DNA of 64,000 nt from NCBI GenBank assembly GCA_000708835.1, contig DF236957.1, positions 1 through 64,000 on the forward strand, written 5' to 3'. A program made the translations under genes and the position numbers. Positions 24,506-35,447 of the stretch are shown here, one piece after another. This DNA comes from Klebsormidium nitens (lineage: Eukaryota; Plantae; Klebsormidiophyceae). The notes under the pieces were generated by a model that was given only the letters and a program-made list of their open reading frames with translations, did not search any database and had not been told where the DNA came from. Within the stretch, counting starts at the first letter, position 1. The number at the start of each line of letters is the position of its first letter.

Positions 24506-27500
24506 TCACTTGCTCAGCTTCAAGAGTTGGGGCAGAATGAACGCTTGGATCATGTTTTGCGGGAAGACGTACGTGGACCCCCCGAAAATGTCGTTTGCCA
24601 GGAAGCGGTTCATGGCTTCCGTCATGTGGACCTGGTCCCACCAGAGGTACTCCGAAGGGTTCTGCGGAGTAAAAAACGGGTTAAGCACAAGGTTAAAGAT
24701 GGTGGTTCACGAAAACGGAGACGTTGGGATTGGAAAGCACTTCCGCATGAATAAAGGTTCTGCGAGCAGTTGCAAATGCATCATGTGAAAGAGGTAAAGC
24801 CAGCAATTGGCAACAGATATTCAAAAAGGGGTATGGGGTTAGCGAAGGCGATGAGAAAGCTTTCCTTGCGAATTCACTCACGCGATCGAGTGGATGTCAG
24901 TCAAGGTAGTCGCCAGCACGCAGAAACGATCAATAAACTTCGGGTCTGAAGGTAGTGAAAGGTCATCAAAACTTCGGCCAGATCTGACGATGCCTGATAT
25001 ATTAGATTGCTTGTTTACTGCTAAGCTGAGTCCTGGGAGAAAGCAACTGCGAAGGAAAGAAGAGAGATCCGAATTTGAAAGGCAGGTCTTACCGGACAGA
25101 TGGTCACCGGGAACGTCGCGTTCGTCACCCTCCCAGTTGCGTTACTAGCGATCTGTGACGTCAGCTGATTGCACTGCAGAGGACGCGACGTGACACAAGT
25201 GAGGTCAATGCAAACTTGAAGGATACATCCGCCAGATTTCGCCGCAGTTTCCAAGGGTACCAGGATTGGGCAGTTACTAAGTTGGCCAGAACGACGCACC
25301 ATGAAACACTGTCATGCTTCATGGGCCAACTTTTCATTGTTTTCAACCGGTCACAAAAGTGGAAAACGGAATCGCACAGGCATTATGCCTCCGAAAAACG
25401 TCGTCAACCGCGGCGCTCCACAAGTGACTTAGAAGAACGGAGCACAGTTCCTCTTCCTTAACGTTTTAGGTTCTTTCAGGAAGGTGCTCTGAACAACGAT
25501 GTCCGGTGACTGGTCTGTGACAACGAATCAATTATCGACGAGACCGGAGAGTTCGTTTGAGATAAGAAGCAAGAATCCAGAAACGAAAGAGACGAGAAAA
25601 GAACGGGGAGACGAGCCCTTACTTGAACCTGTGTATTGCCAAGCTCCGGCGTGCCCCCCCCACAACAGGATTGGTTCCAACGAGTGACGCCTGGAAAATA
25701 ATTCGGCGAGAAATGACTTCAGCAGCAAGCAGAAGGCAAAGTAGCGATAAGGTGCGCTAGGCGAACGCTATATTAGGACGGCTGACGATCTGGTAGCGGA
25801 AGGCGAGCGAAACAAAAGCGGAACGAGAACGGGTGGCGCGGCCGCTGGTGACGCGCTCAAAGCGTGGCGATCTCCATAAAGCACGGTCCCTTGGGAATAG
25901 GGCCTCCGTTTGATCAAAGTTCACGAGCCGCTTTGGTAGAGCCAACAGAAGGGGCACACTTTTGTTCCCACTGATTTATCCCCAATTGCGTCTGCACCCC
26001 CAACCAGAATGTGCGCGCAGAGAAGTAGAATTTCCGGTCGTCTCTACTCCTGTTAATGTTTGCAGACTTTTCTGTCCTTTTCGCTCGAGTCCGGCACTGC
26101 CTCTCTTCGTCTACACTCGCTCATGACCCACAGCCATCGAGGACACGTTCTCGATACGTTTAGGGGGGCGGGGATTCAAAAGGGGCTCAGAAAATTGTGC
26201 TAGTGACCAAAGAGGATGCGTTCAGAATAACGTACCAGCGGTTCAATTCGTCAGGTTCGACGCCACATAATGGAGTATGAAACGATGAAGAAGTTCGGCA
26301 GACCCAACGTTACCTGCTGAAACATCCCGCTCTCTATTTGATGCCTGAACTATATTTCTGAAATTTTCGGCAGGACAAATAATGGTTTATTTGTTGACGA
26401 AAGCAAACGCTGATACGATGGTGGATGGGCTCACCGAATTGCGCCGGGTTTTTGGCGATGTCGATGTTGAAGGTGAAGGCGTCTCCCACGATGAACGTCG
26501 CGTCGGGGAACTGCGACTGCAGCTTCTGCGCCAAGTAGTTCGTCTGGTTCGCCAGGATCCGGCAGTCATTCGAGATGTTGATGCTGCGAGAGGGAAAAGA
26601 TGACGTCAGCACGGCACAACAAGTTCGCCAGTAGTGTTCAGGGTCAAGTGGCGTGCCGGGATCTGGCTTTGACGGTGGTTTGGCTCGCCAGGATCCGGCG
26701 GTCGGACGAAATGTTGATACTGCGAGAGGGAAAAGATGACGTCAGCACGAGGCACAAGAGATCCGCCAGTAGTGTTTAGGGTCAAGTCGCGTGCCGGGAT
26801 CTGGTTGTGACGGTTGGTTTGGTTCGCCAGGATCCAGCAGTCGGACGAGATGTTGATGCTGCGAGAGAGAGAAGATGACGTCAGCACGAGGCACAACAAG
26901 TTCGCCAGTAGTGTTTAGGGTCGAGTGGCGTGCCCGGATCTGGTTTTGACGGTTGCTTTGGTACGCCAGGAGTCTGCAGTCGGACGAGATGTTGACACTG
27001 CGAGAGAGAGAAGATGACGTCAGCACGAGGCACAACGATATCGCCGAAATTTTCTCGTGTGGAGTGGCGTGCCCGGACCTGGGTTTGACGGTTGGTTAAG
27101 TATACCAGGAGTCTGCAGTCTGACAAGATGATAGCGCTGTTGGAGAACCGCGGATAAAACGTCAGCACGAGGCAAAATAAGGTCAATTCTTATGCATCTC
27201 ATCCTTGAACTACGATTTGATGCTTGGTCGGACTCGCCAAATCCTCACGAAACGTTGGTGCTGCAACGAAGGATGACGTCATCATAAGGTACGATGACGT
27301 CAGGCTTTGCTAAGTTCCACGAGTTGATGGTTTTACGCTTCGCTGGGTGATAGCCGTCCGTTCCGGGAGTAAGTAAACTCTTCTCGCCAGCCACGACTGA
27401 TCCAGAAATCTGCTTCTGACGTGGGGAAAGCTGTTTAGGATCACCGAAGCGTTTGACAAAAGCTCCAATTGTATAACACTGAGCCGTTTAGCATCGTCCA

Positions 27501-30500
27501 ACGTTCGAGAACACTCTAGATGTAAGAGAAAGGAGCCTCACCTGCAGACGCCCCTGTTTCGCAGGATGGCCGCGGGGGTGCACCCAAACTGCCCAAAGTT
27601 CGTCAGGACGAACTTGCGGCCGCCCGCTTGGTAGATGGACTGCAGCGAAGATCAAGTTCATGTGAGTCAGGGTGCGCGTCGACCGAAAAGCTGCAAAAAG
27701 GTTCCCAGATCTCTCAGCCAATCGGGTGGCTTTTTAGAACCACGTGGTATACCAAGGTACATACCAGAGATGTGATATGGCTGGAAGAGTACCGTACCTC
27801 CTACCNNNNNNNNNNNNNNNNNNNNNNNNNNNNNNNNNNNNNNNNNNNNNNNNNNNNNNNNNNNNNNNNNNNNNNNNNNNNNNNNNNNNNNNNNNNNNNN
27901 NNNNNNNNNNNNNNNNNNNNNNNNNNNNNNNNNNNNNNNNNNNNNNNNNNNNNNNNNNNNNNNNNNNNNNNNNNNNNNNNNNNNNNNNNNNNNNNNNNNN
28001 NNNNNNNNNNNNNNNNNNNNNNNNNNNNNNNNNNNNNNNNNNNNNNNNNNNNNNNNNNNNNNNNNNNNNNNNNNNNNNNNNNNNNNNNNNNNNNNNNNNN
28101 NNNNNNNNNNNNNNNNNNNNNNNNNNNNNNNNNNNNNNNNNNNNNNNNNNNNNNNNNNNNNNNNNNNNNNNNNNNNNNNNNNNNNNNNNNNNNNNNNNNN
28201 NNNNNNNNNNNNNNNNNNNNNNNNNNNNNNNNNNNNNNNNNNNNNNNNNNNNNNNNNNNNNNNNNNNNNNNNNNNNNNNNNNNNNNNNNNNNNNNNNNNN
28301 NNNNNNNNNNNNNNNNNNNNNNNNNNNNNNNNNNNNNNNNNNNNNNNNNNNNNNNNNNNNNNNNNNNNNNNNNNNNNNNNNNNNNNNNNNNNNNNNGACT
28401 ATGTTGAGATAGGTCATGCCAGGGTGTCGGGTGCGGTTGATTTGGGGGTCCAAGGGTGGATACGGGGTGCGGGGCGAAATGACTCTGGGTTCGTCTGCCT
28501 AAATCAAAGTAAGGCCGAATCCTATCCGCAGCGAGTGTAACATCTGTTTTTGAGGCTTCAAATACGTTTAAGCCTACGGAGTCCACCGTGCGGGGAGTCA
28601 TGACTCTGGGTTCGTCTGCCTAAATCAAAGTAAGGCCGAAACCTATCCGCAGCGAACGTAACATCTGTTTTTGAGGCTTCGACTTCGTTCAAGCTTACGG
28701 AGTCCACCTCCCTTCAGCGAAATGCATGTGAATCGGAGGGATAGGGAAGTGCAAACAGCCGAAGAAACGACAGAACTTCGGGACTGCTTCGTTCAAAAGG
28801 TCGGAAAGAGTTTCGAAGATGTTCGAAGACAAAGTGCGGCTCTTTGATTTGCCTGCTAGAGGCAAAGCTGTTCCCGAAACATCAGAAGATCCTGCAGATT
28901 AGTCGTAGGAACTTCGTCAACCTGTTGCGACACATTTCGGCCTTCTTCACTTGCGTATCGAGGATTCCAATCAGTGGAACGGACGGCTTATCAACTCTGA
29001 CCCCGAAATCGCCCACCTGCTTGCGTTGAGACCCCAAAACATTGTTAGCGATTTCTGAAACAGAAAGAAGAGAGTACAAGTGACGGATCTATACTGATGT
29101 CTCGAAACAGTGCTAAGCCGACCCTAAACAAGCTTACGAGCCGAAACCCTTACACTGGCCCAAGTCTCGTAGATATTGGTCATATTCTGCAAATACTCGG
29201 GTCGCAGCGCCTGGGAATAGTTGTTGACACTGAAGAACAGCAGGTCGTTGCCGCCCGAGTGCGCCGTGTAAACCGCGTCGGCGAAGAACTCGGGGCGCGG
29301 GTAGCGGGGCTTGCTCGGCGCGGCGCCGGTGCCGATGCCAGCCCAGTAAGCGGAGGCGTTCTGCTTGAACGCAACAAACTGGTCCACCTGGAGAGGGGAG
29401 TTTGAGGACTTCAGTACCGACTCAAAGAACATTTTTGAACGAAGATAGAGTGGCCTTTGAGGGGATTACGGTAGGGTTGAAGAGAGGAGAAAGTGAAGAA
29501 AGCGCTGCGCAGCAAGCGATTGCTGATGCGAGCCCAGTATGCGGAGGCGTTCTGCTTGAAAGCGACGAATTGGTCCACCTGAGAAGGGGTTTCAAAGGTG
29601 ATGAGCTGAGTCGATCGAGAGTCTTGGTAAGCTTGACTCGGGCTTTCAAGTAGCTTTCACCGAGATTGTAGTAACGTTCATTGGAGGAGGGGAAGAAACA
29701 AAGCTCTGCCAATGCGGATGCCGGCCGAGTAAGCGGATGCGTTCTGCTTAAACACAACGAACTGGTCCACCTGAAGAAGGGGGGATTTAGACCCGGGTTA
29801 ACAGACCGGTTCTGTGGGCCTGGAGTGAGGCAAGTTGAAGGGCTCGTGACGAAGCTCATGTAGGGCGTTTCTGTCACCAAAGCTAGCCCAGTAAGCGGAG
29901 GCACTTCTTGAAAAGCGACGAGCTGGTCCACCTGAGAAGAGTTTTGAAACGCTTTAGCTAAACTCCAGCTATTAATTTGACGTCATTCAACATCTTTCCG
30001 CGGTTGAGCCGGCGAGGTAGAACAGGGGTAATCATCGATTGGACGGGTTGATTGAGAGTCCTGGTAGACCTGAAGCGAGCATTCAAGTACTTTCACCGTG
30101 ATTGAAGTGACGTGATTCGAGGAGGGGAAAGAAAAAGGCTCTGCCAATGCGGATGCCGGCCCAGTAAGCGGAGGCTTTCTGCTTGAATGCGACAAACTGG
30201 TCCACCTGAAGAAGGGGGGGTTTAGATTCGGGTTAACAGAGCGGTTCTGTGGGCTTGGAGTCAGGAAAGTTCGAGGGATCGTGACGAAGCTCATGTAGGG
30301 CGTTTCTGTCACCAAAGCTGGCCCAGTAAGCGGAGGCACTTTCTTGAAACGCGACGAATTTGGTCCACCTGAGAAGAGTTTTGAAACGTTTTGGACGGGT
30401 TGAGAGTCCTGGTAGACCTGAAGCGAGCTTTCAAGTACTTCCACCGTGATTGAAGTGACGTAATTCGAGGAGGGGCAAGAAGATGGCTCTGCCAAATGCC

Positions 30501-33500
30501 GATGCCGGCCCAGAAAGCGGAGGCGTTCTGTTGGAACGCAACAAACCAGTCCACCTGGGAAGGAGAGTTTAGAGCCGGGTTAGGTCCTGAACTTTTAGGT
30601 TAGGGCCTAAGCTCTCGGGTTACCTAGGACCTAAACTCTTGGGTTGGAACCTAGACTCTGTGGGGCTTAACCGAGGGCATTTGGCACCTGTTGCAGGAGG
30701 GGGGTCACCTGATATCGATTCGAACTCTTTGTTTTTTAAGGCGTCGCCATCGTCAAGTTCAATCATGACGTCATTTTTGATTCTTGCCAGACCCAGACAT
30801 TGTTCCCAACTGCATGATCTCGACAAGCTCGACGCACCTTGCTCAGGAGGAAGGGCCCCTTGATACTTGTCTGAACCAGTTAAGCAATCAGAAGGGTCAC
30901 CGTCATCAACAACAACCACAATTTAAATCGTACCCCGACCAGCCCCAAAAAGTTTAACCTTCCAAAGCGCATTTTATCAGGAGGGGGGTGCCCAGTCCGC
31001 ATCATCATTCCTGTCCGAAGAATCACGTTCAACATCATCGGACTGATTTCAACCCTTTCATTACCCTTGCCAAACCGAGACAGGACCTTCCGAAGCGCAC
31101 CTGTTTCGTGAGGGGAGTGCCCTGACACCTGTCCGCATCATCTCTCCAGTCAGAAGTATCACCTTGAATATTGAACCGATTTTCAAGCCCTTTCATAACC
31201 CTTGCCAAACCGAGACACGACCTTCCTTAGCGCACCTGTTTTACGATAGGATTTTCCACTGGTACCCATCCGTGTCACTTCTTCAATTAGATTACTAATC
31301 TACACATCATCGAATTAATCAATTAACAGTTGCCAAACACAGATTCAACCTTCCGAAGCGCACCTGTTTCAGGAGGGGGGTGCCCTGATACCCGTCCGCA
31401 TCGGTCGTGAAATTGAACCGGCCGCTGGACGGAGTTGCAAACGAGGTTCCCTGGTAGAAGCTTGCCGTGGGGTGCAGGCTGGGGTTAAGCAACGGCAGGC
31501 CAAGAGCCTCAGCTGCAGGAGGGGTTAAGAATGAGGTTAGGAAAGCGGGTTAGGAGGTCTCTCTGTGATGGTCTGCGGCGGAGATTCGAATGCCAAGGAG
31601 CCTTCACTGCGGCACAGACTAATTACTGGGTTAAGAGCTGGGTCAAGAATTTGGAAAAGAGGTGTACTGTTTCTGAGGTGTAGGGTGGGGCAGCGAGGTC
31701 TCAATAAACTCAGACGTCGCTTCCGCTCCTGGACAGGTTAAGAACTCGGTTAAGAACCAGGTTCCAAGAACTTGTCCCCTGATTCAACCCTGCCGTGGGA
31801 GGCAGGCTAGCCTTTGCAGTTGGACAAGTCAAGCACTGGGTTAAGAACCAAATTCGAAGATTGCAAAACCAGATTTAAGGATTGCAATACGAGATTGCTT
31901 GGTTGGATTCGATGTGGGCAAGACTTTGCTGTGGATCAGGTCTTGACTGAGTCCTACTTTAGATAAGATCAGCATGATCATACAGTCGCTGCTTACAAGG
32001 AACAGTCATTATGCTGGACGTCAGATCCAGTTGTCTGAAGTTGGAGTAAGCGGCTTCCCCAATAGATCCACTTGCGGAATCTGTTGGAATCTATTGAATC
32101 TATTGGAGTGCAAACCAGAAGCGCAAGGGCATGAGAACATAGTGGCCCAGGAATCACAAGCAGGAACAGAGCACAGGCGCGACTTGAGAAGTCAGAGTGT
32201 TCGCTACATCTTTATGCGAGCTATCTAGATTGACGAAATGCATGGGACTGAGACGTGGGCGAACAATAACTTAAGCCTCAAAAGTATCAGATCTCTCAAC
32301 GCAAGCGCATTATGTCCGAGGTTTGGAGGTGCCTTCAGTAAGCAGTAGTCCATGGGGTAGGGCAGGGGAGTTTAAGACTGCTGTGAACTTTGAAAGAGAT
32401 GAAACGGCACAGGATCAGACAGAGCTGTCGGCTAGTGGTGGAAGGACTGTTCACCTTGGGAGACAAACGAGTTGAACAAGGGCATCATAAGAAGGAGACT
32501 TATGATGCTACTTGAAATCCTTTTTACAAGGCTTGGTTAATAGCCCTCTAACCAGAGGTCAGGGTGCGTCCTCCAAAAAGAGAGCCGGACAGTATGTCAA
32601 CAACAGTTTCAGTCTGTTCAGGACAAAAGTGATGCAGTGAACTCAGACCCAGCTGAAAAGGAGCAACTGTACGGGTGTGTGCTGCATTATGAGACCGACG
32701 TTCATATACAGGTACTCAAGCGTTTGTGTAAGAGAAGGACCTTGCTCACAGAATCTGAAACATGAGAGATCTGAACCACCTTCGTAACCCAGCTGACATC
32801 TTCAGATCTGCCACTGATCCCCAAACCAGACAGATGTTCAAGGAAGTTTCTAGATACCTGCCCAGTGAATCGCAAGCGAAGACCAACTTTCAGCGTGTGA
32901 TTCCCGAGGCTAGAACACAACAAAAGCTGCGCGAAATGGCAAACAAGCACCGGGTGAATCTACAACCGCTTCCTGACGTCGTCATTTTTGACCATGAGAC
33001 ACTGCCCAAAGACCCAAACGGCAAAACGGCAAAACGGCGAAATGCATCGGCATCCGGGCATCTATCTTTGATACTGTAACTCTGAGAAAGTACTTCATAC
33101 AAGCCTTCTCCAAACATGCGATGACGACAGAAAAGTCCAATGCAGATGCATCGGAATTTCTGCGGATGGTTTCCAAGGAGGGTACGGGGGAAACGTGCAA
33201 TAGGACCCAAGAGAAATATAGCTCTGAAAAGTTGACGTGAGAGATCCATAGCAAACACGGAAGTGAAATACTCACCAAAAAAGTCGGGGATGATCCGTCC
33301 ATCCGACTCGCGCCCCGTAATGTTGTAGAACGACAGCCCGTACGGGTACGCCCCCGTCGAGTCGTCGCGGCCCAGAAGCAACACATTCCCGACGTCAAAA
33401 TCACCATCTCCAAATGCAAACAGCGCCGGCAGTTTGGGGTAGAGGGAAGTTGCCGGGACTGACGCGGTGTTCACCGCAACCGATGGCGACGTGACTAAGA

Positions 33501-33612
33501 GGCGGCGCAGCTGGGCGGATTCTGATGGGCAGCTCGCGTGGATGTTGGGGGCAACTAGGAGGAGGGAGAATGCGGGGAGGAGGGCGAGGAGGCACCTGGA
33601 CAACTTTTCCAT
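24506..33612 (-). CDS. Secreted GDSL/SGNH-like protein, paralogue 2, catalytic Ser replaced by Gly (exons 33612-33276, 31512-31364, 29387-29154, 27639-27542, 26583-26435, 25690-25623, 25173-25093, 24661-24506)
   Basis: MEKLSRCLLALLPAFSLLLVA signal; PALFAFGDGDFDVGN; GRESDG; GGNDL; NFGQFGCTP; QSCCGGG; WWDQVHMT. Same eight-exon layout and intron phases as paralogue 1, with exons 4-6 of identical length (98, 149, 68 nt). Confidence 0.9.
26584..27180 (-). repeat. Four tandem ~140-bp copies of GDSL2 exon-5 acceptor region plus exon 5' end
   Basis: gtgctgacgtcatctt(t/c)tc(c/t)ctctcgcag|(c/t)atcaacat(c/t)tcgtccgac... recurs with acceptors at ~26720, ~26860, ~26999 and ~27139. Confidence 0.92.
27806..28396. 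other. Assembly gap (N run) within GDSL2 intron 3
   Basis: Run of n characters. Confidence 1.
28479..28710. repeat. Two-copy ~120-bp tandem repeat next to the gap
   Basis: atgactctgggttcgtctgcctaaatcaaagtaaggccgaa.cctatccgcagcga..gtaacatctgtttttgaggcttc at ~28479 and ~28600. Confidence 0.9.
29400..30570 (-). repeat. Six degenerate copies of GDSL2 exon-3 acceptor plus exon 5' end, with a higher-order ~440-bp duplication
   Basis: cag|gtggac...gcctccgcttactggg motif at ~29580, ~29770, ~29930, ~30207, ~30370 and ~30555. Blocks ~29700-29950 and ~30137-30390 are near-identical. Confidence 0.9.
30950..31363 (-). repeat. Three tandem ~133-bp copies of GDSL2 exon-2 3' end plus donor
   Basis: aaacag|gtgcgct at 31364 (functional) is repeated at ~31236 and ~31100. 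The most distal copy (~30970) has lost the GT. Confidence 0.85.
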
Positions 33613-35447
33613 TCTCACCACCACTTTATCAACGTGGTTATGGACTTTGTGATGTTGCGTCGCGCAAGTGGTTCGAGAACTGAGAAGGGGTTTGGCGCGC
33701 AAAGGTTTCAATCGCTCGCTTTCGTCGTTGACACCGTTAGGAAAGGGCCCCAAGTATAGAAGGACTAACAAAGTGCGCCAGAACTCGCCACATGATGAAT
33801 AAATGTACACCAAGTTTCTACTGGAGGAGCGTATTCTTCCGCGTTTGTGTATGGGAGTTGCGTGAGATCCAACCTGCCCCAGGGCCGCTTCAAGCAATCA
33901 CGGTCGCAGCAGGCCAGAGCAACGGGCCGCAGCACTAACCTAACTGTGAAGCAGACAACACAAAAGCTCCGCATGCAAATGGCGAAAGAGTTGTGCCGCT
34001 CTCAGATGGTGAGGACACTGAGGAGAGTGTCCAGGATCCTGGAACTTGAAGGAAGGAGAAAGGCCAGCAATATTGAATTAATGAGAGGATGATGAAAAGC
34101 TCGGCGTCTAACGCCTCGACGATGAAAGGTGGTGGCGTGGCTGCATTCACAACTGGCCAAATGCTGGCACGGTACCCTAGCTAGCTGCCACACTACAGTC
34201 TTCAGACTCTTCTCCCTTGCCAGCCCTGGACCTTCTCCATTTCCAGTGGTGCGGCACTGGGCAGTTGGTGCACCAGTCCGTGACTGTACCGCAAAATGTG
34301 CCTCTGCAGACTGCACAGTGACGGTATCCATCATGCACGGATTCAGCCTTCCGTCTCAGTCACAGCAATGCCGTTCGAAGTTCGAACCCGGGTCTTGACA
34401 CACCAGAACTCTATAGGAGAATTGTGGGAGCCTGTTAACATAGTGAGTGCCAAGTTTTGGAGTTTCGTATCAGTGCAATTTCCGTGAATCACGGGAGCGT
34501 TTTGCTGCAGTAACTTTTCAGTTGAAACGTCGAGGTCATCCATCTTACCATCACGATTCACCAGTCCCACCTGTTAAGCACCTGAACCACTCGGGGCAGA
34601 CTACCGCCCTGAAGAATGCCCTTTGATGTGGGTCAGTACAAAGACAACCGGGCATAGCCTGCTTACGTGTCTAATGCCGGCGTCACATGCAGCGTCATGC
34701 TTCATCAGAGGCCAAATTGAATAGCAGTCCCGGGTCCGACGTTTCAAGTACGGAAGTCATGGTCACTTCGAAAGACCCTGATCGTCAACCGTCAGATGAC
34801 ATATACGTACAGTGGACGGCAATACATAAGCTAATTGTCTATTGACTACGACAATAGCCGTCAGATCGAGAGATATAAATCGGACGATGCTAGTGGGAAC
34901 ATATCGTATTGAAATTGCACGCGCGCGCCACCGCCCCGGATTCAAATTCAAAAACTTGAAGCTGTGCACGGCCCACTGCCCAGGCCCGCGTGACACTGAC
35001 ACTGACAGTAGGTACGTTGTTTCCAAATCAGAATTGCACGGAAGACTTCTGCTCCGGAGCCTGTCGCAGTGTCGGACTAGGATTTAGCATAATACCTACC
35101 TTAAATAAGAGACTTTCATATACCTACCTATGTCCACAGTCCGACTGTGCAACTGTGGCTGCTGCTGCCTGAGAAGTCTGCTCAGAGCTGTGCCTCCCCA
35201 GGGCTCCCCTACGGCCTTGCCTTTTGACATGATCAACTGGATCGAGGATCTCATGGTACTGGTGCCAGGAGCTTCCACCATTTTTGTCAGGGCGATGGCG
35301 CACTGCCTGCTAAACATGGAAAGAATTTGGGCAAGTAGGTAGAGATCCAAGCTTCTCAGGGTGCTGAACCTGGCGCTTCTGCAAGCCCCCTGTCAGGCTG
35401 AGACTCATTCAGATTCTGTAGGCGGGGCACGCTGAGGAGGTCCTAGA

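Noticed and set aside
26584-27180. Regularly spaced repeats (also 29400-30570 and 54490-54960) resembling CRISPR arrays
   Set aside because: The units are 115-190 bp degenerate copies of exon junctions, the inter-repeat segments are homologous to each other rather than unique spacers, there are no cas genes, and the context is eukaryotic.
30570-30660. Telomere-like ttaggttaggg/gggtta words in introns
   Set aside because: Scattered and imperfect, not a tandem telomeric tract.
33900-34500. Interrupted coding-like text between GDSL2 and TSK, faintly hAT-like (YPS*LPHYSLQ)
   Set aside because: Similarity too weak; no terminal inverted repeats or target-site duplication identified.
34915-34960. 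gcgcgcgcca and ttcaaattcaaa upstream of TSK as possible E2F/CHR cell-cycle elements
   Set aside because: No exact E2F consensus (TTTSSCGS), and such short motifs occur by chance.
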